From assembly GCA_963804955.1 (NCBI GenBank), contig CAWDSQ010000035.1, positions 27,373-91,372 of the forward strand: 64,000 nt of DNA. Direction: 5' to 3'. Below the pieces are notes generated by a model, which had not been told where the DNA came from, made no database searches, and was given only the letters and a program-made list of their open reading frames with translations. The DNA comes from an uncultured delta proteobacterium. GTDB taxonomy: Bacteria; Desulfobacterota; WTBG01; CAIYCZ01; CAIRTM01. Position numbers and translations under genes: made by a program. Positions within the stretch are counted from its first letter, which is position 1; every line of letters starts with the position of its first letter. Positions 11,281-21,892 of this stretch are shown here, one piece after another.

Positions 11281-13563
11281 ATGAGCGAAAAAAAACAAAG
11301 CCGTCGATGGTTATCAGCCTTTTTTTGCTGCTTGCAATGCTGCCGGACATGCCTGCTTTCGGCGCTGGTGACATGCCTGTATTTAACGAGGATTACTTTG
11401 GGCAATGCACCATTCCGGGAATGAAGCTTGACTATGCCGTCACTTCCGAAACCGACACATCCACCGGAATAGCCGGAGAATACTGGGATGAAAACGGTTC
11501 ACCGCAAACGCCCGGCACGTCTTTTATAGACTTTACAGTTTCTTATTATCTGAACGCCGTTGAGGCGCAGGGCTATTACCTGGCCGCAAAGAATAATACC
11601 ATCGAAAGTTGCGATGTGCTGGGACAATATCCCGAGAATACGATACTGCAGTGCGATACGTCTGATAATGAATCGACGGAGGTGTACCTCCAGATCGGCT
11701 TATATCATGGCGCCTATTATCTCCTATATGCTGAACATTATTTCCTGTTTTTTCAATTCGAGCTGCATCCGCCGGTTACTGAACAGCATATGTGGGATGT
11801 GCTTGCCCAAACAAAGGAGTGCATGCAAAATGCCCTGACAAAGGAGCGCGCTCTTACGGGAACGGTTACCAATGCCTGGGGAGAGATACTGCCTGGCATG
11901 GTGGTGAAGCTGACCTATAACGGCAAAGAGCAGGAGACCACGACCGATGAAAACGGCATCTACAAGTTCCCGTTTAATGGCGCCTTCGGCAGGCAGGCCC
12001 GGCTGAGCCTTGTCATGCAGTGCCGTGACGGGCAGACCACGTATTTTACCCTTGCAGACAACCTCAGCCCCCTTACTCCCCACGTTGTGAGGGAAACCTT
12101 CACCATACGAACGGAGGCCGACCTGAAGCATGATGCCGTGATTCAGGACAAACAGAGGGGAACGGAGTATCTGGGAGACGTCTACCGGGATATGCTGGAG
12201 GCGCTTGCCTTCTATCAGGAGGTGCTGAAAGTCCAGCCCGAGCCCTGCGTGGTCCTGCCATACTCAAACGGCAAGACAAAATATGTCCCGTCGGGAAAGG
12301 GTTTTCAGCTCAGGGATTCAGAAACTATTTACAAGGGCTACAATGATGCATACCTGCGCTCTCCTCTGCCTGTGTTTCATGAATATTCCCACCATATCAT
12401 GTACTGCATGTACGGCAGCAAATTCCCCGCACCCCCTGCAGGCGCAGCGCCCGAAGAAAAAAATCACGGCGGGTACATGAACCCCTCCACCTCAGACAGC
12501 TTTGTCGAGGGCTTTGCCCAATTTATGACCCGGGTAATGATCGCCTCATACAGCGGTGGCTCCTCCGGTGCCGGGGATGTTAACGAGCGCTCATGGGACA
12601 GCTTCGGCTATGCTGAGGAAGACGCGGTTGACGGGGTGTTCTGGGACCTGCATGACGGCATATACCCTCTGGACAATGACAGCCTGCAGCTGACGCTTGA
12701 CGAAATATGGGCAGTGCTCAAAGACTATCGCGCCAACATGCATGAAGTGTATAAGGGTTTTATAGAAGCCTATCCTGAGAAAAAAACGGACATTGACCGG
12801 ATTTTTATTAATCATGGGTTTTTTGCGGATACAAATGAGGGGAATAAAAAATATGACTTCAGAGAGCCCACCTGGGGAAATCCTGAGTTGCGTGGCGACC
12901 CCTACATTGATCTTGCCAGCTCCCATCAAGTATGATACCGGCGAAACCATAGGGCAGGCTACCAACTACCAGCGGCCGGAACGCTACAGCAAGGAGCCTT
13001 GGCCCAATCATTTTATAAAGACAGGCGACGCCTACCCGTTTTTTAAAGTGACCTTCACCTTCCCTGACCACCCCTATCTTGACTATGACCTGCATCAGGA
13101 GCAGCAGAACGGGCTTATTTATGTGCCCGTGCCGCCTGACATATACCAGGCGGACATAAAAATTGAAGGCTTTGGCGATGGTATTACAACCGGCAATCCT
13201 TTGAGTTTTACCAATCAAGAATTCATCAGCAGCTATGAGACGATCATCGCACTGGGGTTTTACCGCGAACATGATTTTGACATAACCGGCACCATGCCGG
13301 TCAGGCCCCGAACCGACCCAAGGCGCAAAGGCGTGTGCCCGGCGCAGAGGGTGTTGGAAGGCAGCGCGCGGGAGCTTGAAATACTGCGCCGCTTTCGGGA
13401 CGAGACGCTTGGGAAAAGCGCTCTTGGAAAGCTCTGCATACGGCTGTATTATGACCATGGCGAAACGATAACCGGGCTACTGGACAACAGACCTTATCTT
13501 AAAAAAGCCGCGGCTGTGCTTCTTGAAAAAGCAGCCCCGGCACTAGAAATGATTTTGGAGTAA
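11281..13563 (+). CDS. Large secreted protein: carboxypeptidase-regulatory-like domain, HExxH motif (putative metalloprotease) and CFI-box-CTERM-like C-terminus (frameshifted)
   Basis: Signal peptide; LTGTVTN..TTTDENGIYKF; FHEYSHH..SFVEGFA; C-terminal CPAQRVL..LRRFRDETLGKSALGKLCIRLYY. Confidence 0.7.
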
Positions 13564-13586
13564 CTTGCAAAATATTGATTAAGACA

Positions 13587-13619
13587 GAAAAGGCAGGGCG
13601 CAAACGGCCCTGCCCTTTC
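13587..13619. terminator. Bidirectional terminator between convergent genes
   Basis: GAAAAGGCAGGGC..GCCCTGCCCTTTC inverted repeat. Confidence 0.6.
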
Positions 13620-13691
13620 TGTAAAAAATGTTAGGTTGGTTTAATTAGAACCGTTGCCGATTACATCTGAGCTCTCGTGCCTGCAGAGAAT

Positions 13692-14123
13692 TTAGGTCGT
13701 TGCCGCCCGTTCGAGAAGCTCCTTGACCTGTTCATATTCCTTCAGCCTGGCATAGTCCTTCTCGGAGGGTTTTCCGATGCGCCTGAGATCCATGTTGTCC
13801 GTGACGTCAGCCAATTTGACTGCGCGGGCAATGGGTTTCTGAGCTGCGCGTTGTGCTGCTTCCAACCGCGCTTCTCCATCAACTTTGGTTAGGGCTTTTA
13901 CCGCTTCCAGGACATCTTCGCTGAATCCCTCCGCCCTCAGGTCATCAAGTGTGAGGTTTGTGTCTTCGACCACATCATGCAGCACGGCGGCAATTTGCTG
14001 CTCCCGGGTCTTGACGGCCAGCATCAGGCGCAGAGGGTGAAAAATATATGGCTCACCAGCCTTATCAACCTGCCCGGCATGGGTGCGTGCAGCAATTTCG
14101 ATTGCCCTTTCGATGGTACTCAT
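13692..14123 (-). CDS. Stand-alone RelA/SpoT-type HD-domain protein (small alarmone hydrolase-like)
   Basis: HAGQVDKAGEPYIFHP, AAVLHDVVEDT, VKLADVTDN motifs in 143 aa. Confidence 0.85.
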   Translation of the reverse strand: MSTIERAIEIAARTHAGQVDKAGEPYIFHPLRLMLAVKTREQQIAAVLHDVVEDTNLTLDDLRAEGFSEDVLEAVKALTKVDGEARLEAAQRAAQKPIARAVKLADVTDNMDLRRIGKPSEKDYARLKEYEQVKELLERAATT

Positions 14124-14236
14124 AGGTGTTCTCCCCCCGACGAAGTAATATTGGATTTGACAGGCGGCGAAATTGGTAGACTGTGCAAAGTCCGCTACGG
14201 CTTATGCCAAAAAATTCTGTTTATTGATAGACGGTT

Positions 14237-14264
14237 GTTGGGCACGTTTCACTTTGCCCAACCT
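14237..14264. repeat. REP-like palindrome
   Basis: GTTGGGCACGTTTCACTTTGCCCAACCT imperfect inverted repeat in intergenic DNA. Confidence 0.55.
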
Positions 14265-14270
14265 TGCTGA

Positions 14271-14633
14271 TCAATCCGAACCGCGAACTACTTTTTTAAA
14301 AATGAGGTCAAAAACAATCGACATTCCAATAAAAAAACGCCAAGCACAGAAAATGCGGCATTTTTCTTTCAGTCAGTTATTGTAAGTCTTTGATCCGTAG
14401 GTAGAAGGCCAATGGTAGTGCCAATTTTGAGAAGCATTTCCTGACATTTGGTTAACCCGCCACCATATATTCCTTCACCATAGCGGCCCTCTCCGTACCC
14501 AGTTGTGGTAACAATATCTGAGAAATTTTCGCGCAGGACACCGTAAGATGCAAAAGCAGCTCCGGCAATTTGAGATATTAGCCATACGGCAAAAACAAGC
14601 TTCTAGCTTATATAATGTCGAATGATTGGCCAT
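14271..14633 (-). pseudogene. Degraded small membrane-protein gene, probable second integron cassette
   Basis: AGGAG RBS and ATG just past attC; translation KLVFAVWLISQIAGAAFASYG..GYGEGRYGEGIYGGG.. with frameshifts and an in-frame TGA at 14369-14371. Confidence 0.55.
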
Positions 14634-14652
14634 ATCGGGTACTCCTATCATT

Positions 14653-14712
14653 GCCTACCGCTGGAGTTAAGCGACCGCGCGTAGCGCGGTCCGCTTGAAC
14701 GACTTGTTAGGC
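14653..14712 (-). mobile_element. attC: Integron attC recombination site (60 bp)
   Basis: Minus strand GCCTAAC-aagtc-GTTCAAGC-GGACCGCGC-TAC-GCGCGGTC-GCTTAAC-tccagc-GGTAGGC: R'' box, L boxes with extrahelical bases, R' with GTT>GGT; the upstream gene's stop codon lies inside R''. Confidence 0.85.
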
Positions 14713-15096
14713 GACCACCTTTTTATGGAGCAATTTTATAACAGAAACAATAATAACAAAGATGGCACATGCACTAACAACTACTATTTGCTCAGATTTG
14801 TTGGGTGGAATTACGAATATAAACCCGTGGCCCTTTATTAACGACGAAAAACTTGAAACACAAAATGGCATAGCAAACAGTCTAAAAATCTGCCATCTGT
14901 CCATTTTAGAGCCGGGCTTTCCCGAAACGCTAAGAATCAGTGCAACCCCGATTACAACGCAAATACCGGACGAATTAATCCATATACGAATATCTGGATC
15001 AAAATAGAAAGAGACAATCACGATGTACCAAATCAGGTAACACCATAAGATTATCTTTCCTTTCTGCAAATTGGCTAAATAGTCATATATTCCCAT
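14707..15096 (-). CDS. AT-rich hypothetical membrane protein (about 4 TM), integron cassette gene
   Basis: 129-aa hydrophobic ORF bounded by GTTAGGC (15118-15112) and attC. Confidence 0.75.
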   Translation of the reverse strand: MGIYDYLANLQKGKIILWCYLIWYIVIVSFYFDPDIRIWINSSGICVVIGVALILSVSGKPGSKMDRWQIFRLFAMPFCVSSFSSLIKGHGFIFVIPPNKSEQIVVVSACAIFVIIVSVIKLLHKKVVA

Positions 15097-15111
15097 TGAC
15101 GATTACTGCTA

Positions 15112-15165
15112 GCCTAACATATTATTTATATAGACATCTGTATTTTCCGAATTTTGCCCAAAAAG
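15112..15165 (-). mobile_element. attI-like site
   Basis: AT-rich, non-palindromic CAAAATTCGGAAAATACAGATGTCTATATAAATAATAT ending in GTTAGGC, complementary to the attC R'' box GCCTAAC. Confidence 0.55.
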
Positions 15166-15293
15166 CTTATTTCAAATTTTATAATTTTCGTCAAATAGAT
15201 AATATTTTATTCTGCATAAACCCCGTATTCACATGATCTAGAGACTTCTATATATCATCAGATTTTTTGCAAGTCTGCTCTTCCCCTATTCGC

Positions 15294-17187
15294 TTAACTC
15301 CCGCAAATCTCATCAAGCCCCAGGCTTTCCAGCGTCTGCCGGGTGGGGTTTCCGGTTACAATGTCCCAGCCGCGGAGGCGATAGTAGTCGGAGAGCATGT
15401 CCTGCCACTTTTCAGGGTCAAGCTCCGCTCCATCGTACCTTCCGCCCTGCACCGGGCCGCGCGACCATTTGCCCAGAAGCACATCGTCTTTGCGGGTGAT
15501 GCCCTCGCGGGCTAAAAAGGAGCGTTCTAAGGCAAACACCCGGTTTGCCACGGTGCGCAGCCCGGCAGTATCAAACTCCATGCCGGTAACGGCGCGCAGC
15601 ATATCGGCCATGTCCTGCAGGGTGATGCCGTGGCCCACATGTTCGGTGATGAACTTGCAGACCTCAAGGCAGTCGGCAATGGTATACATGTCCTGGCAGA
15701 AAACCGCGGCGGCAGCCTTGTTGTAGGACATGGGGTCGAGCACATCGGCTGTGCCGAAGCGGTCAACAGCCTCCTGCAGGCGATATGGCGGTTTTACCCT
15801 CCTTCGACGGCAGTTCGAACAGCACGCCGCCACGCAAATGGTCGCCGCCGCGCGTGCCGGTTGCATAGCACAGGCCGCTGCCCCGCAGCACCCGGGGATC
15901 GACTCCGCCGAACAGCATGCCCTTGCTGGAGCTGACATAGCTTGCTGCATCGCCGCCGATCTTTTGTGCTGCCAGTACCGCGCCTTCGGCAAGCAGATCG
16001 CCAAAGCCCTCGCGCCGGGCTATTTTTTCGAGCATGGCAACCATGGCTTCGTGATTGCCCCAGTTAAGGCTGATGCCGCCGGTGTCGGCAGGCCCGATAA
16101 TACCGTGCTCATACCAGTCCATGGCCGTTGCCATGAGCAGGCCGAAGTCCAGCACATCGATGCCGTAGTCATTGCAGAGATTATTGATTTTGAAAAGCGA
16201 CTCGGGGCTCGTGTTGCCGCAGCTCGGGCCGCAGGAAGAATTGCACCCCTCGGTCATCTTCGTGCCGCTGAAATGTCCATACTGCCCGGCCTTCACCTCA
16301 TAGCCCTGTATGCAGTGCACTGGGCAGGCAAAGCAGGCATGCGACGAGGTCAGGTAATTTTTTATTGTCGTGGCGCTCACCTGCACAGACTCGGGGTAGT
16401 TGCTTGTCTGTGTGTAGTTTTTCACGGCAAGTATGCCTGACTCGTCTTCGCGCTCAAGGGGCCCTGCCGAGCCGTACTGGCCGAAAAATTTCGTAAAAGG
16501 ATTTGCCTTGATCCTGTCGTTCCAGCGCTGCCGCACTTCTTTAAAGAGTGCCGCATCGGCAACTGGAATCTTAGCACTTCCCATGACGCACACTGCTTTC
16601 AAGTTCTTTGCGCCCATGACCGCTCCCATGCCTGTGCGGCCGGCTACATTATAGTGGTGCACCACGCAGGCCATGCGCACGCGGTTTTCACCTGCAGGGC
16701 CGATTATCGCTGCCTGCACAGCGTCGCCGTGGGCCTGCTTTAAAGCAGCCTCGGTTGCTCCGGTCGATTTCCCCCACAGGTGCGCGGCATCGCAAAAGCT
16801 GACGCCGCCGGCTGTCACCAGCAAATAAAGGGGCTTCTCAGCGCAACCGGTGATGATGATATGATCATAGCCCGCCCGCTTCATGACCGGCGCAAAGAAC
16901 CCGCCGAAATTGGCATCGCCCAATATGCCGGTGAGGGGCGATTTGGCCGTAACCGTGCAGCGGGCACATCCCGGAGCAAGCGTACCTGCCAGGGGGCCGG
17001 TGCCGAAGATGACGGCATTGTCCGGGCCGAAGGGGTCGGCCTGTGCAGGCACGAGCCTGTAGAGCAAATGCGAATTTCTACCCCGACCACCGAGAAACAG
17101 CCTGCGGCTGTGTTCATCGTTTTCAATGATGGTGGATGTTTGCGAGGTGAGATCGATCTGAAGAATTCTGCCTGTCCAGCCGTGCAT
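15294..17187 (-). CDS. Aldehyde:ferredoxin oxidoreductase family tungsto-/molybdoenzyme (frameshift ~15775)
   Basis: MHGWTGRILQIDL, KSPLTG, GRTGMGAVMGAKNLKA, CFACPVHC, CNDYGID, YYRLRGWD. Confidence 0.92.
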
Positions 17188-17205
17188 GATGTGTTCCTTT
17201 CTTTT

Positions 17206-17234
17206 GTAGAGACAGGTTTGAAACCTGTCTCTAC
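17206..17234. repeat. GTAG-type REP-like palindrome (second copy ~51299-51325)
   Basis: GTAGAGACAGGTTTGAAACCTGTCTCTAC. Confidence 0.7.
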
Positions 17235-17291
17235 GGGAGAACCAAAAACCCTTCACCACAGGTTCAGCCCGCGGCGAAATCCTGCTGAAGC

Positions 17292-17990
17292 CTACGGCTT
17301 TTCGCCGGTGTGAATAGCTGCAATGCCATTGGTGAGCCGGATATAGCGCACCTGGGTAAACCCCGCTGCCTGCATTATAGCTAAGAGTTCATCGGGCAGG
17401 GGAAATTTTTTTATTGAGTCGGGAAGATATTCATAGGCTTCGCGGGAGCCGGCGATGAGAAGCCCGGCCGTGGGGATGATATAGCGGGAATAGAAATCAT
17501 ACAGCAGGCGGAACCATGGCCACACGGGCGTTGAAAACTCAAGGCACACGAGCCTGCCGCCGGGCCGCAGCACACGCAGCATTTCCTTCAGCCCCTGCTC
17601 GCGGTCGGCAAGATTGCGAAGACCGAAGCCGATGAGCGCCACGTCAAACGAGCTGTCGGCGCAGGCGATGCGCTGGGCATCGCCGCAGACAAATGAGACA
17701 GCCGGGACAGCGGCAGCCTTTATTCTTCCGACGCTCAGCATGCCGGGGCTGAAATCACAAACTGTTACGGACTGCGCGCCTGCTTTGGCCGCACGCAGGG
17801 CAAGGTCTGCCGTGCCGCCGCACAAATCAAGCACACATGCGCCCGGCGTGATTCCGGCCAGCTTAATTGTCCGGCGCTTCCAGAGATGATGCAGGCCGAA
17901 GCTGAGCAGGGTATTGAGCAGGTCATAGCGGCCTGCAATGGCGTTGAAATAGCCCCGGACGGTTTGTGCTTTATTGTCGGTCTGTGTCAT
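17292..17990 (-). CDS. ubiE: Demethylmenaquinone methyltransferase UbiE/MenG
   Basis: YDLLNTLLSFGLHHLWK, LDLCGGTAD, FGLRN, LEFS, AYEYLPDSI. Confidence 0.92.
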   Translation of the reverse strand: MTQTDNKAQTVRGYFNAIAGRYDLLNTLLSFGLHHLWKRRTIKLAGITPGACVLDLCGGTADLALRAAKAGAQSVTVCDFSPGMLSVGRIKAAAVPAVSFVCGDAQRIACADSSFDVALIGFGLRNLADREQGLKEMLRVLRPGGRLVCLEFSTPVWPWFRLLYDFYSRYIIPTAGLLIAGSREAYEYLPDSIKKFPLPDELLAIMQAAGFTQVRYIRLTNGIAAIHTGEKP

Positions 17991-18003
17991 GGCGCAATAA
18001 ACA

Positions 18004-18039
18004 GCAAAGGGGATTCAGGTGTGCTGAAATCCCCTTTGC
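18004..18039 (-). terminator. Hairpin downstream of ilvC
   Basis: GCAAAGGGGATT..AATCCCCTTTGC inverted repeat. Confidence 0.55.
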
Positions 18040-18094
18040 CCTCCTCCTGGCGGTGCATAAACAAAAGCGGGCATGCGCCCGCTCCCGTTATTGC

Positions 18095-19195
18095 TTAATT
18101 TGACTTGCGGCCTGCGATACCCTTGGTGGCCTTGGTGATCTGCTTTGCCGCTTCCCTGGGCCGAAGTGCGCGGGTGGCTTTGCCTGCCAGCCACATCTCG
18201 GAATTTCCGAGCGTTGCAAGCTCTTTGGTCAGCAGCTCCTGATAATTGGGCTTGCTGCAGGTGGTGAGCACGCGGCGGGTTTCGGCGCCTGTTTTCACGC
18301 GCTTGTACAGATCTTTAAATACGGGCATAACGGCCTTCTTGAATTTCGGCTTCCAGTCAAGGGCGCCGCGCTGTGCTGTTGCTGAGCAGTTCGCATACAT
18401 CCAGTCCATACCGTTTTCGCTCACAAGGCGGATAAGGCTCTCGGTGAGCTCCTCAACGGTTTCATTGAATGCTTCGCTCGGGCTGTGGCCGTTTTTGCGC
18501 AGCACGTCATACTGTGCTTCCATAACGCCGGCAAGAGCGCCCATGAGAATGCCGCGCTCGCCGGTCAGGTCGCTGTACACTTCCTGCTGAAAGGTCGTGG
18601 GGAACAGATAGCCTGCGCCGATGGCGATGCCCACGGCGACGGTGCGCTCAAGCGCGCGGCCCGTTGCGTCCTGAAATACGGCAAAGCTTGCATTGATGCC
18701 TGCGCCGGAAAGAAAGTTGCGGCGCACCGATGTGCCCGAGCCCTTGGGTGCAACCAGTATCACATCAACATTCTTGGGCGGAATGACCTTGGTCTGGTCT
18801 TTGTACACGATGGAAAAGCCGTGAGAGAAATACAGCGCATCGCCGGCTTTCAGGTTTTTCTTAACTATGGGCCAGATGGTGCGCTGGGCAGCATCCGACA
18901 CGAGCATCTGGATGATGGTGCCGCGCTGCACAGCCTCTTCAATGTCAAACAGGGTCACGCCGGGCTTCCAGCCGTCTTTGACCGCACGGTCCCAGTCCCT
19001 CTTGATCTTTTTTGACTGGCCGATGATGACATGAAAGCCGTTGTCCTTCATATTGAGCGCCTGTGCCGGGCCCTGCACGCCGTAGCCGATCACAGCGATG
19101 GTTTCTTTGCTCAGAACCTTGCGGGCCTTTGCCATGGGAAATTCTTTGCGCATGACGACGTTTTCTTTCACGCCGCCGAAATCGATAAGTGCCAT
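18095..19195 (-). CDS. ilvC: Ketol-acid reductoisomerase
   Basis: IGYGVQGPAQALN, FSHGF, VAPKGSG, SDLTGERG, EAFNETVEE, NCSATAQRGALDW. Confidence 0.95.
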   Translation of the reverse strand: MALIDFGGVKENVVMRKEFPMAKARKVLSKETIAVIGYGVQGPAQALNMKDNGFHVIIGQSKKIKRDWDRAVKDGWKPGVTLFDIEEAVQRGTIIQMLVSDAAQRTIWPIVKKNLKAGDALYFSHGFSIVYKDQTKVIPPKNVDVILVAPKGSGTSVRRNFLSGAGINASFAVFQDATGRALERTVAVGIAIGAGYLFPTTFQQEVYSDLTGERGILMGALAGVMEAQYDVLRKNGHSPSEAFNETVEELTESLIRLVSENGMDWMYANCSATAQRGALDWKPKFKKAVMPVFKDLYKRVKTGAETRRVLTTCSKPNYQELLTKELATLGNSEMWLAGKATRALRPREAAKQITKATKGIAGRKSN

Positions 19196-19359
19196 ACTAA
19201 AAATCCTCCTTGCATGAATGATAAAAAAAGTAATGCACCTGAAGCGGTGCAGCATGTGCGGGCGACAGTGTGCAAGCGCCGGTTTTCCCTGCGCATTTCC
19301 TGAATACTCTATATCGAACCCGCCAATATGTCAATAACTATGCAGGAATGCTTCCGTAC

Positions 19360-20070
19360 TTAAAAATGATAGCTCACGCCCTTGTTGAAATTGGCCATGC
19401 CCACAAGGGATTTTAGTTCCGGGTCGTCGGAGCCGGCATAGCGGCTCAGCAGCTCGTCATAGGCTGCATTGGCAGCCTCGCGGTGCATGGCCTTGCCATA
19501 TGACAAGCCTTTGCTGAACAGGGCATTGGCAATCAGGCTCTGCAGCGCAGGCTCCTGCGAAGCGCCGAAAAGCTCCAGGAGCTTGTCATAGCAGCCGCGC
19601 TCTTGTTCAAGCATGTTCTTGCGGGTACAGGTAAAGCCCTTCTGCAGCAGGGCCTTTGCCACCTGCTCCTGAATGGCCGGCTCCTGCGCGCCTGCAAATT
19701 GCTGCACTACCGCGTCATAGACGGCAATGGCATCTGCGGTTTTGCCCTGCTGGTCAAGGGTAATCGCCTTGTTCACCTGGGCGATGGCGCTGCTCTCGCG
19801 GCTTGCTGCATCATCGCTCCCGGACACAAGCGCAAGCGCCTGGTCAAAAGCAGCCAGCGCATCGGCATGGCAGTTCTGTTTGCCCAGAATGACGCCCTTG
19901 TTCACGAGCGCTTTTGCCGCAAGCTTTTTCAGCTCCGGCTCCGGCGCTGTGCCGAAACGCCCGGCTATGTCGTCATAGATTTTTTTTTCATCCCCGGCAG
20001 CGCCCTGCCGGGAACATATCTCAGCCTTTTTAAAAAGCTCCTCAACCTCTGCAACTCTCGCGTCACTCAT
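19360..20070 (-). CDS. Tetratricopeptide repeat protein
   Basis: Repeated ~45-aa units AKALxxKG..YD.L...F. Confidence 0.8.
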   Translation of the reverse strand: MSDARVAEVEELFKKAEICSRQGAAGDEKKIYDDIAGRFGTAPEPELKKLAAKALVNKGVILGKQNCHADALAAFDQALALVSGSDDAASRESSAIAQVNKAITLDQQGKTADAIAVYDAVVQQFAGAQEPAIQEQVAKALLQKGFTCTRKNMLEQERGCYDKLLELFGASQEPALQSLIANALFSKGLSYGKAMHREAANAAYDELLSRYAGSDDPELKSLVGMANFNKGVSYHF

Positions 20071-20101
20071 TGCCAAATCCTTATCGCTGTTTCAGATCAG
20101 A

Positions 20102-21082
20102 TTACAGTTCAGTCAAATGCCGGCAGCCCGGAACAAGATAGTCGCGCACATAGCGCGCCACAAACTCGCGGAACCGGTCGGGCTGCTCAGGAAAGCCTGC
20201 CGCACGGAGCCGCTGCATGTCGGCCTGCGTAAAATACTGATACCGGCCCTGCAGCTCATCGGGCATGGGGAAATATTCAATGACCGGCGGCTTGCCAAGG
20301 CCGTCGAATACGCCCTGGGCAAGATCATTGAAGGTATGCGCCCGGCCCGTGCCAACATTGAAGATGCCGTTTGCCGTGTCATTGGCAAGAGCAAACAGCG
20401 TGGCATCGATCACTTCATCAATATAGATAAAATCGCGGGCCTGCTCGCCGTGGCCGCAGTCGGACCGGTGGCTTTCAAAAAGCCGTATTTTGCCTGTCTT
20501 CTGCGCCTGTGGCACGGAATGAAAAACAACGCTTGCCATTTTGCCCTTGTGGTATTCATTGGGCCCGAACACATTGAAATACCGAAGGCCCGCAACTGTG
20601 CCTGCAAGGCCGTTTTCAAGCACCCACATGTCAAACATCCATTTCGAGAAACCGTACTTGTTGAGTGGCCGAAGCCGGGGCGTGAGCTCGTCGGCATCGG
20701 AAAACCCCAGGCTCCCGTCGCCGTAAACGGCAGCAGAGGAGGCATACACAAACCGCCTGCCGCGGCTGCGGGCCCACTGGCAGAGCAGTATGGAGAAATC
20801 GACATTGTTGGCCAGCAGGTAGTCCATGTCGGTCTCGGTGGTGTCGGAGCAGGCGCCCAGATGCACCACGGCGGTGATTGCCTCCGCCTGCGGGTCTTCA
20901 TTGAGGAAGTCGAGCAGCTCCGTGCAGTGCACAAAGCGGCTGTAGCGCAGCCCGACAATGTTTTTCCATTTGTCCCGCTCGCCCAGGCGGTCGGAAAGAA
21001 TAAGATCGCTTCTGCCCGTGCGGTTGAGCGCGCAGGCAATAGCGCTGCCTATAAAACCGGCAGCACCCGTTATAAGTATCAT
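20102..21082 (-). CDS. rfaD: ADP-L-glycero-D-manno-heptose 6-epimerase
   Basis: TGAAGFIGS, HLGACSDTTE, YASSAAVYG, PLNKYGFSK, YFNVFGPNEYHKG, YQYFTQAD. Confidence 0.95.
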   Translation of the reverse strand: MILITGAAGFIGSAIACALNRTGRSDLILSDRLGERDKWKNIVGLRYSRFVHCTELLDFLNEDPQAEAITAVVHLGACSDTTETDMDYLLANNVDFSILLCQWARSRGRRFVYASSAAVYGDGSLGFSDADELTPRLRPLNKYGFSKWMFDMWVLENGLAGTVAGLRYFNVFGPNEYHKGKMASVVFHSVPQAQKTGKIRLFESHRSDCGHGEQARDFIYIDEVIDATLFALANDTANGIFNVGTGRAHTFNDLAQGVFDGLGKPPVIEYFPMPDELQGRYQYFTQADMQRLRAAGFPEQPDRFREFVARYVRDYLVPGCRHLTEL

Positions 21083-21870
21083 GACGGTTCTCCTTTGCTG
21101 GTAATGAACTGTCGCACTGCCGCGTTGAATCCAACGACAGCTTCCTGCATGACCATGTGGCCGGCTTTTGCAAAAGCCATGAAATCGCCCTGCGGCAATT
21201 TTTCTGCAAGCTCGCGGCCCGCCTCAGGAGGCGTAATTGTATCATGATTGCCGGAGATGACAAGGGCAGGGACTGATATTTTGCCTGCCCAGGCCGTAGC
21301 GTCAAACTGCGTGCAGGCAAACACATCTTCATACATCGCCTCGCCCCCATTGCTCAAAAGCATTTCAAGCCCGCGGTGATAAAGCTCTGGCGCAACGCCC
21401 GGGGCATAGGCGCTGTCGCAGGAGGCCCGCGCTGCGCGGTTAAAGTCCTTCTGCAGCACCTTCAGATATTCCGGCGCAACCACAAAGCGCATAGCCGTGC
21501 TCACGAGTAGAAGCCCCGCAACCCGCGTGGGATAGGAATGGGCCATGGCCTGCGCTATGGCGCCGCCCATGGAATAGCCCATGAGAATAAAGCGGTGCAG
21601 CCCCAGGGCCTCGGCAAAAGCCTCGATCCATGAGGCATAATCTTCGATACTGTACCCGCCCCTGCCGTGCGTGGCGCCATGGCCGGGAAGATCGGGGGCT
21701 ATAAGCGTACAGTCGGCAGCAAGGCCAGAAAACTGGCTTGCCCAGACCGAACTGTCGCCGCCCGAGCCGTGAATGCACAGCAGAGTCGGGCTGCCATGCC
21801 CGGCGACCGAGGAAATTCTATATACTGATTTATGTCCGTCGATGTCTGTAAACAGCATAATTTTTACCAC
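21079..21870 (-). CDS. Alpha/beta fold hydrolase
   Basis: IHGSGG, DLPGHG, GYSMGG nucleophile, AGH. Confidence 0.9.
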   Translation of the reverse strand: MVKIMLFTDIDGHKSVYRISSVAGHGSPTLLCIHGSGGDSSVWASQFSGLAADCTLIAPDLPGHGATHGRGGYSIEDYASWIEAFAEALGLHRFILMGYSMGGAIAQAMAHSYPTRVAGLLLVSTAMRFVVAPEYLKVLQKDFNRAARASCDSAYAPGVAPELYHRGLEMLLSNGGEAMYEDVFACTQFDATAWAGKISVPALVISGNHDTITPPEAGRELAEKLPQGDFMAFAKAGHMVMQEAVVGFNAAVRQFITSKGEPS

Positions 21871-21892
21871 TGAGGCACAGAGGATTTTTAAA

